From Malacoraja senta (Eukaryota): 64,000 nt of DNA. A program made the translations under genes and the position numbers. Below the pieces are notes generated by a model. That model saw nothing but the letters and a program-made list of their open reading frames with translations, searched no databases and was not told the DNA's origin. The DNA lies in contig CM075993.1 of NCBI GenBank assembly GCA_038087875.1, positions 8,620,001-8,684,000 on the forward strand, written 5' to 3'. This document shows positions 25,710 to 38,858 of the stretch, piece after piece (the stretch's first letter is position 1; every line of letters starts with the position of its first letter).

Positions 25710-27009
25710 GTGAGGCCAGGGGTTGTCTCCAGGCCAGGCCTGCACGTGGTGGAAGGGAAATGTCTGGCAGGGAATGTCATGTTGCAACTGTGGACGTTGT
25801 TGTTGACAGTATTATTTGCAGTTCTGGTTGTCTAGCTATAGGACACTGAAATGAGTGTAGGAAAGATTCACGAGGATTTTACCAAGGCTGGAGTGCTTGA
25901 GTTGTAAGGAGAGACTGGGACATGAGGAGTGACTGGCCACGTATAATTGAAGCAAGGCATCCTCTTAAACGTAAATCCTTTTTTAATAAGGACTATCCTC
26001 CTTCCTAAATCCTTTCAGTGATTTGAATACAAGGACACCCAGATTCATCTGAATACCAGGACTTTTCAATCCCCTGTCATTAAAAAACTCTTCTAGTTTT
26101 TCTGCCTCATGCTTTCCCACATTAACCCATATTCATCTGCACTCTCCAGACCCATTCACTCTCTGTGTCTTTCTCATAGCCCATACTTCGCAAATCGAGT
26201 CCAGTCTGTCTGTAGAAGGGTCCTGACCCAAAACCTCTTCTGTACATTCCCCCCAAGGATGCTGCCTGACCCACTGAGTTCTCCCACACTTTGATTTTTG
26301 CTCAAGTTTATTGTCCTCTACACGTATCTAGCTTTGTATCATCAACCATATTACGGTGGTCATCTCCTATTTCTGACCTTAGCTATCCCCTTGGTCTTTC
26401 AACCAGCCTCCTGATGTTTAAGGTTTCTCTGGTACATCATTGGTAAGGACACCAGGGACCAAGTGACCAACCTATATAATCCTTGCATGGGCTACAGAAG
26501 TTGTATCAGGAGATAATTCAGTGTAATGGGGCAGGGACAAATGGCAGGGACATTTCAGAATTTTAAAAAGTACAAAACGAAAATAATTACTCGCATGTGA
26601 GCAAAGATGGAAATTAATTAGAGAATGGGGATCTTTTTTGTAGGAGTTTAAATGTATAACATTATAACAGGAGAAGGAGTGCGAGGAAGAGGAAGATGGA
26701 TGGAGAGGGGACAAGAGTTATAGAGAGAGAAGAAGCGGGAGAGGGGAAGATGGAGGGGGCAGAGACATGGAAAAGGAGGTTGGGAAAGAAGACAAGAAGA
26801 ATGATAGTGAAAGATGAGGGACAGTTTGGGAGGATGTGATGGAGTGAGATGAGGAGAGAGTGAGGCAATGTGTTGTGGCCTCTTTCTGCACTAGAAGTTG
26901 AATATAAGTACGAAGAGTGAGAGATTTAATTCAATGCAGTGCATCAGAGTGCGGACTTTACGTGTGGATTTGTCCCATCTTTAACAAGGCTCTCTGCTCT
27001 TCACTGCAG

Positions 27010-27081
27010 TACATCTTCGTCTCCTTCATCTCGAGGGACAGTGTCTATGACGTGTTGAAGCAGGTCTGCTCACATTTACAG
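27010..27081 (+). CDS. gramd2a: GRAMD2A exon (YIFVSFISRDSVYDVLKQVCSHLQ)
   Basis: ctgcag| and CAG|gtaggt; 72 nt; end of the GRAM domain, YIFVS..SRDSVYD motif. Confidence 0.96.
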
Positions 27082-27389
27082 GTAGGTTCTCAATCATAGC
27101 TGGAGATGATCAGGTCCTACTCTCCACCACTGTTTAATAGTTTGCCAGAAATATCCCACAGTGATATTTTGAAGAATGGGGTATTCTCCCATTGGAATCC
27201 AACTCATTATTTATTCCTCATTAAAACAGATCAGCTGGTGGATGGCATCTTATATGGTGGGAGCTTCCTGTGGGTAAAAGGGCAGTCTTCTACATTATTG
27301 CAGCCTTTACAGTTCAAAAGTAATTGTAATTGGGAACATTTTGAGATTGCAAATATGCTATTTGAAAACAAGTGTGCTTTCTCTTCATA

Positions 27390-27668
27390 ACTTTAGAGAT
27401 ATAGTGTGGAAACAGGCCCTTCGACCCACAAAGTCTGCTCCAACCAATAATCATCCATACACTAGTTCTATGCTACACACTAGGGACAATTTACAGAAGT
27501 TAATTAACCTACAAACCTGCACGTCTTTGGAATGTGGGAGCAAACCAGGGTATCTGGAGAAAACACACACGGTCACAGGGAGAACGTGCAAACTCTTTAC
27601 AGACAGTACCCATAGTCAGGATTCTGGGGATGTAGGGCAGCAACTCTACCGCTGTGCCACTGTGCCGC
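27390..27668 (-). mobile_element. HE1-type V-SINE
   Basis: Full head (ggcacagtggcacagcggtagagttgctgcc), V-domain and tail on the minus strand. Confidence 0.88.
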
Positions 27669-28097
27669 CCACTGTCCCTGTCCTGCATTGAACAATTGAA
27701 CAAGAATGCCTTAATTATGGATGAACTGTGCTTGCCGCATACCTGAAATTCTCTTGCATGTTAATGTTTTAAAGAAACCTTTCCCTATTTATAATTGCCC
27801 CACCATTGGTGGCTCTGCCGACACCAGCTCAGGCCCCAAATTCTGGCATTCCCCTTCTAAATGTCTCAACCTTTCTCCCTGTTTTCCTCCTTTAGAACAC
27901 TCCCATGTCTGCCACGTTGCATCTGATCTTGTTGCTGTGAACTGCCTTTGGGCAATTCATGATTATATAAATATGCAATTCCTATATCATATGCATGTTG
28001 ACAGAACATTTGGTATTCCTCTGTGGTTTTAGATTATTTGCAAGAAAGGTTTCCTGTTACTATATGTTATCTTCCATTTTGGGGTTGGGATCAACAC

Positions 28098-28875
28098 ATG
28101 CATCATCGGCGGTCACTCAAAACAAGTGTGACTGTCCTCTTTTGGGAGGATGCCCGTGCGTGACTGTTTAACGTGGGGAGACTGGTGCACAGACAGCCAC
28201 CGCACAGTTCTTTGACAGATCTGGGTCAGGATCCAGTGGCATGGAGGCCAAGACGACCGGATATCCTTTTCTGCTGCAGCCTACATCCGCCTTCCCAGCC
28301 GTTGTGACGCTCCACTAAAGTCAGCCATCATCCTCCGCTTGTTCCACCGTTGAGGTCTTGGTTGGATTGCTCTTTGTCAGGGACCTCCCCCTCGACCTTA
28401 CCGCCATGGGTGGCCCTACCAGGAGCATGGCTCCAGACGGCATCGCTCTCAGAACCACCAAGCTTCTCCACCACCACAACATATAGGATTGTTAAGGGTT
28501 TGGACACGTTGGAGGCAGGAAACATGTTCCCGATGTTGGGGGAGTCCAGAACCAGGGGCCACAGTTTAAGAATAAGGGGAAGCCATTTAGAATGGAGACG
28601 AGGAAACACTTCTTCTCACAGAGAGTTGTGAGTGTGTGGAATTCTCTGCCGCAGAGGGCGGTGGAGGCAGGTTCTCTGGATGCTTTCAAGAGAGAGCTGG
28701 ATGGGGCTCTTAAAGATAGCGGAGTCAGGGGATATGGGGAGAAGGCAGGAATGGGGTACTGATTGGGGATGATCAGCCATGATCACATTGAATGGCGGTG
28801 CTGGCTCGAAGGGCCAAATGGCCTACTCCTGCACCTATTGTCTATTGTCTATTGACAAGGTGACAATCCACGGAT
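28098..28875 (-). mobile_element. Non-autonomous RTE derivative with a Bov-A-like 5' region, interrupted by a CR1 fragment
   Basis: Minus strand: ggattgtcaccttgtc [CR1] ...gccatgctcctggtagggccacccatggcggtaaggtc...ctgacaaagagcaatcc, ending in a short (gat)n tail. Confidence 0.65.
28480..28853 (+). mobile_element. CR1 LINE 3' fragment nested in the RTE derivative
   Basis: TYRIVKGLDTLEAGNMFPMLGESRTRGHSLRIRG; (attgtct)n tail; short acaa duplication at the borders. Confidence 0.9.
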
Positions 28876-29482
28876 CAACACATTACAAATGCTAAAACAT
28901 TGAGATTTTTTTAATGGTTACCTGGATGCTGAGGCAGTACATCCTCAGGCAATGGACTCCATGAAACCATGCATTCTGATTGCTCTACCAATAGCTGTAC
29001 GAATGCTCAAAGATACTTTGTTGTAGAGGGCCCTTGGTCCGTACATCATTGCTAGTACATATCTCTGGTACATGTCTAAAGTCTGAATGGTATAACAGGT
29101 TTGGAACTGGTGATTCCAGCAAGTTTTTAAACATTAACCAGTTACCTTCTAAATTGATCCACTCAGGATAACAAGGAAGGTCTGAATTGGCTGGCAAAAT
29201 TCAACATTCCCCACCACCTACTTATAAATGACCTGACTGACTACAATAGGGGATGTCCGACAAGTTGCAAATGACCACTTATTGCCAGATAGTTTGCACA
29301 GCTCTGCTATTACTCAGCTGGATGCCTTCAGTCTCTGTGTGATCTTCAAAATGTTGCTACATTTGTGTTTTTAAACTCCACACACAAAGTGCTCTACAAA
29401 AGCAGCCTTTAAATGTTCCTGCCATGTTGTTCAATAGTTCTGATCCAAACGGAACATCTAAAGTGTGATCTCACCCCACACG

Positions 29483-29792
29483 TTTAGTTAAGTTTAGAGA
29501 TACAGCGCGGAAACAGGCCCCTCTTTCCACCGAGTCCACTCCGACCAGCGATCCCCACACATTAACACTATCCTACACACATTAGGGACACCATGCCCTT
29601 ATACCAAGCCAATTAACCAACAAACCTGTACGTCTTTGGAGTGTGGGAGGAAACCGGAGATCTCGGAGAAAACCCACGTGGTCACGGGGAGAACGTACAT
29701 ACTCCGTACAGACAGCACCCGTAATCAAGATCGAACCCGGGTCTCCGTCACTGCAAGCGCTGTAAGGCAGCAACTCTACCACTGCGCCACCA
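29483..29792 (-). mobile_element. HE1-type V-SINE (young, CpG-rich)
   Basis: Complete head, V-domain and (taaac)n tail. Confidence 0.9.
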
Positions 29793-31535
29793 TTTGTAAA
29801 AATGTAAATATGTGATATTTTTTGTATTGTCCCCCTCACTTGTCTCATACCCTCACTCAGCAAGGGCAACAAACATCCTGGTGAATCTTTCTTGCACCTT
29901 CTTGGGTGACCAGACTACACAAAGAAATCCATCTGTGAACCAATGTCTGTACCAGTTACGATACAACTTTATAAAACACTATTACTCTGGAACAACAGTG
30001 TCTTATAAAGTTGTATCGTAACTGGCACAGACATTGTGGGCTGAAGGGCCTGTTCTCGTGTTGTACTTTTCTCTGTTCTTAACCATCCTGCTCTTATATT
30101 TTATGCCCCAGCTAATGAAAGCAAGTATCACAAATGTTATTTTACCTCACTGCTGCCACCTTCAGAGATCTTTGGACTTGTATACCAAGGTTTCTCTATT
30201 CCTCAATAGTTCCTTGCGTCCTATCATTCATTGTGCATCTCCTAGCCTTATTGGTCTTCCGGAAATGCATCGTCTGATATTTTTCAGGAATATGAGACAG
30301 ACTGAAACCGTTGAAGCATGCAGGGCACGCATCATATAGGCACTGTGTTTTATACATAAAGGACACTAGTGGCACAGTGGTGCAGCTGCGAACGCTGCTG
30401 CTCATAACGGCAGAGGTGCAGGTTCAATTTTACCTCGGGTGCTGTCTGTGTGGAGTTTACATGTTCTCCCTGTGAACACGTGGTTATCCTCCAGGTGCTT
30501 CCGTTTCCTCCCATATCCCAAAGACATGCGATTTTGTAAGTTAGTTGGCCTCTGTCAATTGCCCCTAGTGCGGAGGGAGTGGATGAGAAAGTGGTACAGT
30601 AGATAGCAATAGGGTTGTTGCATTTATAATCCAGGGAAATTGAATAACAATCTGGAGATGAGGTAAAAACTGAGGGAAAGTGGTTTGGGTATTTAAATCT
30701 GGAATACAAAGCTAGCATCATGACACCACCAGGTTGTAACTGAAAAACCTCGAATGACCTACAGAGAAAGGAATCTGATATTCTTCCCCGTTCTTGCCCC
30801 GACACAAATGCAGATTTTAAGTGGGTATTACCCACCTATGTTCAACTGAAGTTGGAGAATTGAGCGTTCATACCGTTGGGTAATAAGCTGCCCAAGTGGA
30901 ATGTGAGGGCTGTTCCTACAGTTTGTGTGTGACTACTCTCTGCCAGTAGAGAGGTTGCCTCTTAATTGGCTTTTTAAAATCTGTAAGGTTATGGATGGGA
31001 TGCTAGTCCAGTGGGAAGCTTTGTCCAGGATGGTGTGGAACTTCCTGAGAGTTACTGAAGCTGCATTCATCCAGGCAAGCGGAGAGAATTCCACCCCGGT
31101 CCTGACGTAGATGGTGGAAATGCTCTTGGTTTCAAGCAGTGAGTTACTCATCTGTCCCATGTACATCTCACGCTACAGCACGGTTAAACCAATAGCAAAC
31201 CACAAAGAGCTGGAGGAATAGGGCAGCATCTGGGGAGGGCATTCATTCAGGCTGATAAGAGTGGGGGGAGAAAGCTAAAAAAGAGAGGTGGCGCCAGGAT
31301 GAAGCCTGGCAAGTGATAAGTGGGTTGTAGTCAGGATAGCACAAAGCACCATGCAGTATAATATAATCACTGCAAAATATCACTATAACTATGAAAAGTT
31401 CTACTTCAGTCATGGGCATGTGAATATCTCTGTCCTGAGGTAACTTTGAAAGTAACATTGTCTCTCCCCTAGTGCTTCACAGGAAGGTGCCTTCCTTAGT
31501 CTAGCAGCTCATTCAATGACCATTCTTTGTTTCAG

Positions 31536-31598
31536 GATAACAGTAAGAAGAGCTTGAGTGTAGGCCTGAGTGTGGACACATTGGATTCCCTTCCCTCG
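31536..31598 (+). CDS. gramd2a: GRAMD2A exon (DNSKKSLSVGLSVDTLDSLPS)
   Basis: tttgtttcag| and TCG|gtaagt; 63 nt, phase 0-0; SKKSLSV matches the recalled GRAMD2A sequence. Confidence 0.88.
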
Positions 31599-33182
31599 GT
31601 AAGTTGTTCTCCGGATGTTTAGATTTTTCACATTACATAATATTTGGAGGGATTTCCCCCTTCATTCCCAGAAACCTGCCGGTGGAATGTGGCGGCTCGA
31701 ACGTTACTACACAGGAATGTTGGGCAGGGAACCTCGTGATGCCAGTCAGACTGGGATGTGCCAGAATCATAGACTAATGATGCCAATGAAAGAAGCCGTT
31801 GGCCCATTTTGGTTGTGCTGGTCAAATTAAATCTACCCAATATAATGCCACTGTCCAGCAGTGAACCCACAAGTCACAACTGATGACGTTCCCACCCAAG
31901 TACTGTTTAAAAACAACAAAGGTTTCTACTTCCCCCACCTTTTCAGACAAGGTTGTTCCTAACTCCACTTCCCTTTGGGTGAAGAAACCTTTCTTTATCT
32001 CCCCTCTAATCATTCTGCCAATTAGTTTAATTCATCTCCCTGGTTCACAACCCTTGAACTATTGGAGATAGGTTCTCCCTATTTAGTCTCTCCTGGCCCT
32101 CATAAACATAAACTTTGAAGTCTCAACCTCCACAGTTGCAAAGAAAACCACCCCAGCCTATCCAAACTTTCCTCCCAGCTACAACTTTCCAATCCAGGCA
32201 GCATCCTCACCACCCCCTGCACCATGTCCACTGTAGTCATACCTTTCCTATAATGCAGTGACCAGACCTGTACGCATTCATTATCCAAGTTGTGGCTCAA
32301 GTACTCTTCTCACGGAAGGAGACAGTTTGGCCCATTGAGTCTCTGCTGGTTCTCAGAGCAATCCAATCAGTTCCAATTCTTGCACTATTTATCAACTCTC
32401 TCACATTCCCATTCAACTCCCCTCCCTGATCCTCCCATCACCCACCTACACTTGGGACAATTTACAGCAACCAAATTAATCTAACATCCTTCACAAATTT
32501 GGGAAGTGGGGGGGAAACGGAGCAGCCGGGAGGAGCCCGTGTGCCCAGAATGTGCACCCAGAGAGCAGCAGAGATCAGGATTGAAGTAACCCCCACATTA
32601 CATAGAGTCATACAGCATGGAAACAGGCCTTCAGCCCTACTTGTCCATGCCAACCAAGATGTCCCATCTACACGTCCCACCTGTCCACATTTGGCCCATA
32701 TCCTTCTAAATCTAACCTATCCAAAAGGTATTCCTTTTGCCTATTTCTTTTTACATTTTAAGGATCGCCTAACATGTTCTCCAAGGTCCCTCTGTACCTT
32801 CTCACCTCTTGTTATTCTTCTACTTATTGAATATTCCAAACAAATAACAAAAGAATATTACTCACACCCAAAGCAGACTGGGTTAAGGTATAGGCGCAAA
32901 TGCTGCCCTTCATCCAATTGATTGGCAACACCAGTACAATCCTGACTTTGAATGTTAATTCTGTTTCTCTCTACACAGATCCCTCCTGACCCGCTGTGTA
33001 TACCCAGCATTTTCTTTCTCATTATAATTAGACCCACATTAATTTGATAAGTGGCAAGCCCAAGGTGGGGAGTTATGTTATCATTATCAGTGCTATCATT
33101 GGCCTTGGTGAGGGACATTACCCAATGCCTGCAGTCTGTGGCGCTGTTACTGGATGAGATCATTTTCTGTGCTGTTTCTCAG

Positions 33183-33342
33183 GAAGGCTGTAGGTTACAT
33201 TTGGACTGGAAAAGAAAACTATCTAACGGCTCCTCATCCTCACAGCCCGAAACAGAACACCAGTCCCTGTTGGGAAACTCCACCAGCAGCCTGAGTACTC
33301 CAGAGATAGAGAGCTCCAGTTGCAGCAGTCAGACCTTCAGAG
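33183..33342 (+). CDS. gramd2a: GRAMD2A exon (EGCRLHLDWKRKLSNGSSSS...SSQTFR)
   Basis: gtttctcag| and AG|gtgagt; 160 nt, phase 0-1; Ser-rich linker. Confidence 0.85.
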
Positions 33343-33937
33343 GTGAGTACGAACAGCGTGGGTGACGGCTCATCAATACGCAAGCAGTCCAGGTCCCCGC
33401 GCCTGGCTGAAGCTGGTGTGTACGGAGGGATCAATGTGTGCAGGGGGTGGTGCAGCTGGTAGAGCTGCTGCCTCACAGCTCCAGTGTCCCAGCTTCAATC
33501 CTAACTTTGGGTGCCTAGTTTAGTTTAGAGATACAGCATGGTAAAAGGCCCTTTGACCCACCGAGTCCATGCTGACCATTGATCACCCATAAACTAGTTC
33601 TACGTTATCCCACTTTCGCATCCCACATACTAGGGGTAATTTACAGGTTGATTAACTTACAAACCTGCACGTCTTTGGAATGTGGGAGGGGCCAGAGCAC
33701 CCAGTGGAAACCCACGGGGTCACATGGAGAACGTGCACGCTCCACACAGACAGGATCGAACCCAGCAAATCAGCAGCTGTGGGAACTGATCTACAGTCAA
33801 TGTATTTGGCTGCGGTTGCTAGGTTGAGTTTAAAGGAAAGTAGTCTGATAATTAAGCAGAGGGATGTGTTCCTCAGTTCACAAGTTATATAAGTGGGTTC
33901 CCTCTCATTCCTTTCTCTGTACGCTTCTACCATTCAG

Positions 33938-34031
33938 AAAGACTGGTGAAGAAAGAAAAAATACTTGAATTAGATTCAGTTGAAGGCATCAGCAAAGTGG
34001 AATATCGAATCCTCAGGATATTAATTATTAT
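33938..34031 (+). CDS. gramd2a: GRAMD2A exon (ERLVKKEKILELDSVEGISKVEYRILRILII+I), start of the TM helix
   Basis: cattcag| and AT|gtgagt; 94 nt, phase 1-2; EYRILRILII aligns with the recalled DYRLLKVFFVL. Confidence 0.88.
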
Positions 34032-34537
34032 GTGAGTATTGAACAACAGATCAGTATGCAGTAACGCTGCCTCACTTGTTGCATGGTGTGAAAGGAGCGG
34101 GTACGTGGTGTAGTAATTACTGTACTAGTAATGCAGGGACTGCACTAACAATCCAGGCCCAAGTTCAAATCCCACCACAGCAGCAGAGAGACTTAAATTC
34201 AGTTGCATTGGATTGTTAAATCTGAAATTTGACAGAAAGTGACTGAATTGTACTTAAAAACACAAAATAAATAACACAACAGGTCAGGCAGCATCCATGG
34301 AAAGAGAAAGAGAATTAACATTTCAGGTCAATGACCCTTTGTCAGAACTCCCACCTAGTTCACTTACTGTAGTCTTACTTGCAGCAACACAAATGCTTGA
34401 CTACTCCTCATTAGATTCCCCTATCACTATCGCTTGCCTGAACCTACTCCTTCCCTGCTTTTCAACAGAACCAGATGTGGTGTTGCTGGTTTGGCTGCAG
34501 CTGCAGATCATCCATGAGAGCCTATCCCCTCAACAGT

Positions 34538-34836
34538 AGTTTAGTCTAGAGATGCAGTGCAGAAACCGGCCCTCCGGCCCACTGGGTTGACGCCGACCAG
34601 CGATCCCCGTACACTAACACTATCCTACATACCAGGGACAATTTACTATTTTTCCGCAGCCAATTAACCTACAAACCTGTACCTCTTTGGAGTGTGGGAG
34701 GAAACCGGAGCACCCCGAGAAAACCCACACGGTCACGGGGAGAACGTGCAAACTTTGTACAGACAGCACTGGTATCCAGGATCGAACCCGGGTCTCTGGC
34801 ACTGTAAGACGGCAACTCTACCGCTGTGCCACCATG
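34538..34836 (-). mobile_element. HE1-type V-SINE
   Basis: Complete copy. Further copies at about 16066-16300(+), 17610-17916(+), 30370-30600(+), 33517-33765(-), 35340-35640(-), 36875-37172(-), 44418-44692(-) and 49710-49960(-). Confidence 0.9.
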
Positions 34837-36594
34837 CCGCGTTGACTCAAAAAAAAATTCTTCTTTGATAGGGAGATAGCCCCATGTTATTTTCACACTT
34901 CCTGCCTGCCTTTCTGTTTCAGTTTAGTTTATTGTCACATGTACCAAGGTACAGTGAAAAGCTTTTTTTGCGTGGTAACCAGTCAGCGGAAAGACAATAC
35001 ATGATTACAATCGAGCCATGTACAGTATATAGATACATTATAAGGGAATAACGTTTGGTGCAAGGTAAAGCCAGTAAAGTCCGATCAGGATAGTCCGAGC
35101 AATTCCTCTTCTGCTGTTCATCCATCTGACTGAACCTGTGGTGTGAGCACCTACTGAAATTGTTGCCTATAACCCTCTCTGCCTCCTGCATGCTCCCCAG
35201 GGTGTCCATCTGCCTCAGTGTATCCAGTGCCCAGCAGAGGAGGTTTGTATGTGACTACACTCACTAATCAAGGCTATCAAGGGCAACTGGGGTTGAGAGG
35301 GAAACACTGGCCTTGCTCATCATGTCTAGATCCTGCAAACTAGACTTTAGACTTTAAAGATACAGTGCGGAAACAGGCCCTTCGGCCCACTGAGTCCGCG
35401 CTGACCAACGATCATCCATACACTAGCACTGTCCTACACACTAGGGACAATTTACAATTTTACCAAAGCTGATTAACCCACAAACCTGCACGTCTTTGGA
35501 ACGTGGGAGGGATCCGGAGCACCCAGAGAAAACCCACGCGATCACAGGGAGAACATACAAACTCCATACGGACAGCACCCATAGTCGGGATTGATCCTGG
35601 GTCTTTGGTTCTGTAAGGCAGCAACTCTACCGCCATCCCGCCCAACTAAATACATTTAAAATGCTGAATGAGAAGTTTCACTTCCATCGGTACATCAGCG
35701 AATCGAGAAAACTCCTCTCTGCCCGCCAAGGTCTGGTGCTGATTCATTGCTGTTCTCAGGCTGCAGCCATTTTATGTAAGTTAGGTTGATGTACCATATT
35801 GGAAGGTAGTTAGTAAATTATTGTTAAATTACTTAATCCGTTGTTGTTATTGTTCCGGGCAATACATAACAGCTCCCGCCTCTGAAGCTTTCCCATCTTT
35901 TCAAGGCTATGCCTGTTGCACTCACTGTCTTCTTCAGTGGGCTGATGGGAGGGTCCTGTTGCTTGGTGGAGTTTAAAGGAAAGTAGTCTGATAATCAAGC
36001 AGAGGGATGTGTTCCTCGATTAACTAATCCTGGCCGTTCTGCTGCAGAGCTGTCATTTCAGTGAAAAGAACCTCGACTATGGGCACTTTGTCCTTCAACT
36101 GTTTGTCCTTCTGGTTCCCCAGAGGCATAGTGTGGACAATCTGTGGGTAGTCTTCTCAGACCCTCTCATCTCTGACTTTGTAGTTCTCCGACAGGGAAAT
36201 GGCTCCATTTTATTTGAAATAACTCTGGTTGCAAACGTCAGAGGCTGATGAATCCCATTTGAGCTCAGGAGCAGAGTCTTGTGTGGTGCAGCCGTGCCTG
36301 CCTTGGAGGACTCTGTCAGATGCGGGACGGGCCAGTGCCTGTGGTGAAACGTGGCGGGTGTGTTGCAGAGAGAGGGCTGATGGACAAGGTCAGAAGCACC
36401 GTGTTTACACGGCCTCCAACAAGAAGAACATTGCACATTGCAACACATGTGAAGTCTGTGCAAACATATTGCTTAGTATCTTGCAAATCTTGTTATTGTT
36501 ACGGATAGAAGCTGTTTCAGATAGACTTGTATTTCAGGTTTCATTTGTTTAAAACCCTGCGGTCTGATGGATTGTCTGGTGTATGTTTTTCCAG

Positions 36595-36702
36595 AGTCAT
36601 CATCCTTTTGGCATCCTCCATTTACATGACGTTCCGAGTTTTCTCCCTGGAGCAGCAACTGGGACTCTTGGACGCAGCCTCTCAGTCACACACCCACAAG
36701 AG
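36595..36702 (+). CDS. gramd2a: GRAMD2A exon (VIILLASSIYMTFRVFSLEQQLGLLDAASQSHTHK+R), TM helix and short tail
   Basis: tttttccag| and AG|gtaaga; 108 nt, phase 2-2; SS.Y..FR...LEQQL motif. Confidence 0.93.
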
Positions 36703-37284
36703 GTAAGATGGCAGCCAAATATAACCATTCCCATGCACCTTCTCACTCTGCGGCGTCTCCATGGACAGGGGTCTGGAAGTGGTTAGTAATCTTGCCCCAT
36801 GTTGTAGCTCATTGGGGTACACTGAAACCCATACAGATGAAACTTTTGGCCCCTTGAAGCTGCCTGGCCACCTTTGAACTTTAGAGATACAGCGCGGAAA
36901 CATGCCCTTCGGCCCACCAAGTCCGCGCCGACCAGCAACCACCCCGTACGCTAGCACTATCCTACACACAGGAAAATTTGTAATTTTACTGAAGCCCATT
37001 AACCTACAAACCTCTACGTCTTTGGAGTGTGGGAGGAAACCGGAGCACCTGGAGAAAACCCACGATGTCACAGAGAGAACGTACAATCTTCGTGCGGACA
37101 GCACCCGTAGTCAGGATCGAACCCAGGTGTCTGGAGCTATAAGGCAGCAACTCTACCGCTGCGCCACCGTGTCACCCACCAGCTTCAGTTCTACTGAGTG
37201 GAGCCACATTCATAGAAATGAAGAAAGTGAAGATCACATTCAACCCCTCTATTTACAAAGTTGTCCCCCTGTACGTTCTTCAAA

Positions 37285-37705
37285 GAAACATAGAAAAATA
37301 GGTGCAGGAGTAGACCAATCGGCCCTTCGAGCCAGCACTGCCATTCAATTTGATCAGTACCCCATTCCTGCTTTTTGTCCCATATCCCTTGACTCCCTTA
37401 GCCCTAAGAGCTAAATCTAACTCTCTTGAAAACATCCAGTGAATTGGCCTCCACTGCCTTCTGTAGCAGAGAATTCTACAGATTCACAACTCTCTGGGTG
37501 AAGATGTTGTTCCTCATCTCAGTCCTAAATGGCCTATCGCTTATTCTTAAACTGTGACCCCTGGTTCTGGACTCCCCCAACATCGGGAACATTTTTCCTG
37601 CACCTAGCCTGTCCAATCCTTTAAGAATTTTATATTTCTATAAGACCCCCTCTTATCCTTCTAAATTCCAGTGAACACAAGCCCAGTCGACCCATTCTTT
37701 CATCA
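37285..37705 (-). mobile_element. CR1 LINE 3' fragment
   Basis: Reverse complement of the family at 17035-17475. Confidence 0.9.
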
Positions 37706-38854
37706 TGCACTTCAATACCTCATGCACCTCTTCATCGATTTGTGATAATCCACCCACCTCAAAATAGTTAATACTACCTCTTCTTGCTGTTCCCCTTGTC
37801 TAACTTAAACGTTACTAGTCAACTATCTACCCTGTGCTGCTGAAGTTGCCACCATCCCCCCTCCCATTTACTACATTGATACGTTTTCTATCACTCCTAT
37901 AGCCAAATCATTTACTGGTATATACTATTAAAAAAACAGTGGTCCTTCTGTAGACTCACAGAGTCAGAGTGAACATTATTCCCTTTATTCTGTATCAGTA
38001 CACGTTTGACGGCTTGATTGTGATCATGTATAGTCTTTCCGCTGACAGGATAGCACCCGACAGAAAAGCTTTTCACGGTATCTTGGTAAAGTGAAAATAA
38101 AAGTATTTTGAAAATGAAAATAAACTAAGCTAATGTATGGAACAACCCCCTTGTCCCACCACGTCCATGCCGACCAGTGGGCACCCATCCATAGTAATCC
38201 CATCTCCAAGCCAGTAGCATTCTGCGCCTCGAAGATTCAAGTGGTGGCCCAGACTGTCAGTGACTCTGCTTCTTCCACCACGGTCTCCAGCAGCGGGCCA
38301 TTCACCTTGTGGTTACCAGCTTCATCCCCACCTCAGACCCACCTCCATTAACCAGGGTGCAGAAGGTAAAATCACCAGGGTCTCTGACACTCCCCAAAAT
38401 GCAATAAGGCCTTGAGACCCCTGCATCAATCCCAGGATAAACATCAGCACTTCTTCACTCGTATGGCGGAAGTACCCTGTTCCACTAAATGAATGGACAG
38501 CTCCCACAGAGTGACACCTCTTCCAATCAACTGCTGAACACAATGCCATGGGGAATGGCATCATGGAAATCCCTCCACATGGGGAGCACTAGGGGTGGGG
38601 GGGGGGGGGAGTGGGTGGTGGTGTCGGGGTCCACCAATTGCATCAGCACTCGCTTTGTGTGCAGGAGGAATCTGCCAGCTTCCTAATGCTGCCAGTTGTA
38701 GCTTTGTGCAAAGACAACCAGTCACATTATGCAGTGAGACTGCAAGTGCTTCTTGGAGTCTGGTTTTGTGTCATAGTTAAACCTGTGGTTTATCCCCAAC
38801 TAACCTCAGAACAATTCACTTTCAATCTGCTCACCCCCTTGTCTTATGTTCCAG

Positions 38855-38858
38855 GTAA
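38855..38858 (+). CDS. gramd2a: GRAMD2A terminal exon, coding part (completes Arg, stop TAA); 3' UTR follows
   Basis: cccttgtcttatgttccag|G TAA completes AG|G=Arg and then stops; non-repetitive UTR-like sequence follows. Confidence 0.7.

Noticed and set aside
36048..36113. Candidate TM exon SCHFSEKNLDYGHFVLQLFVLL
   Set aside because: Phase and donor do not fit the neighbouring exons; 33938-34031 fits exactly.
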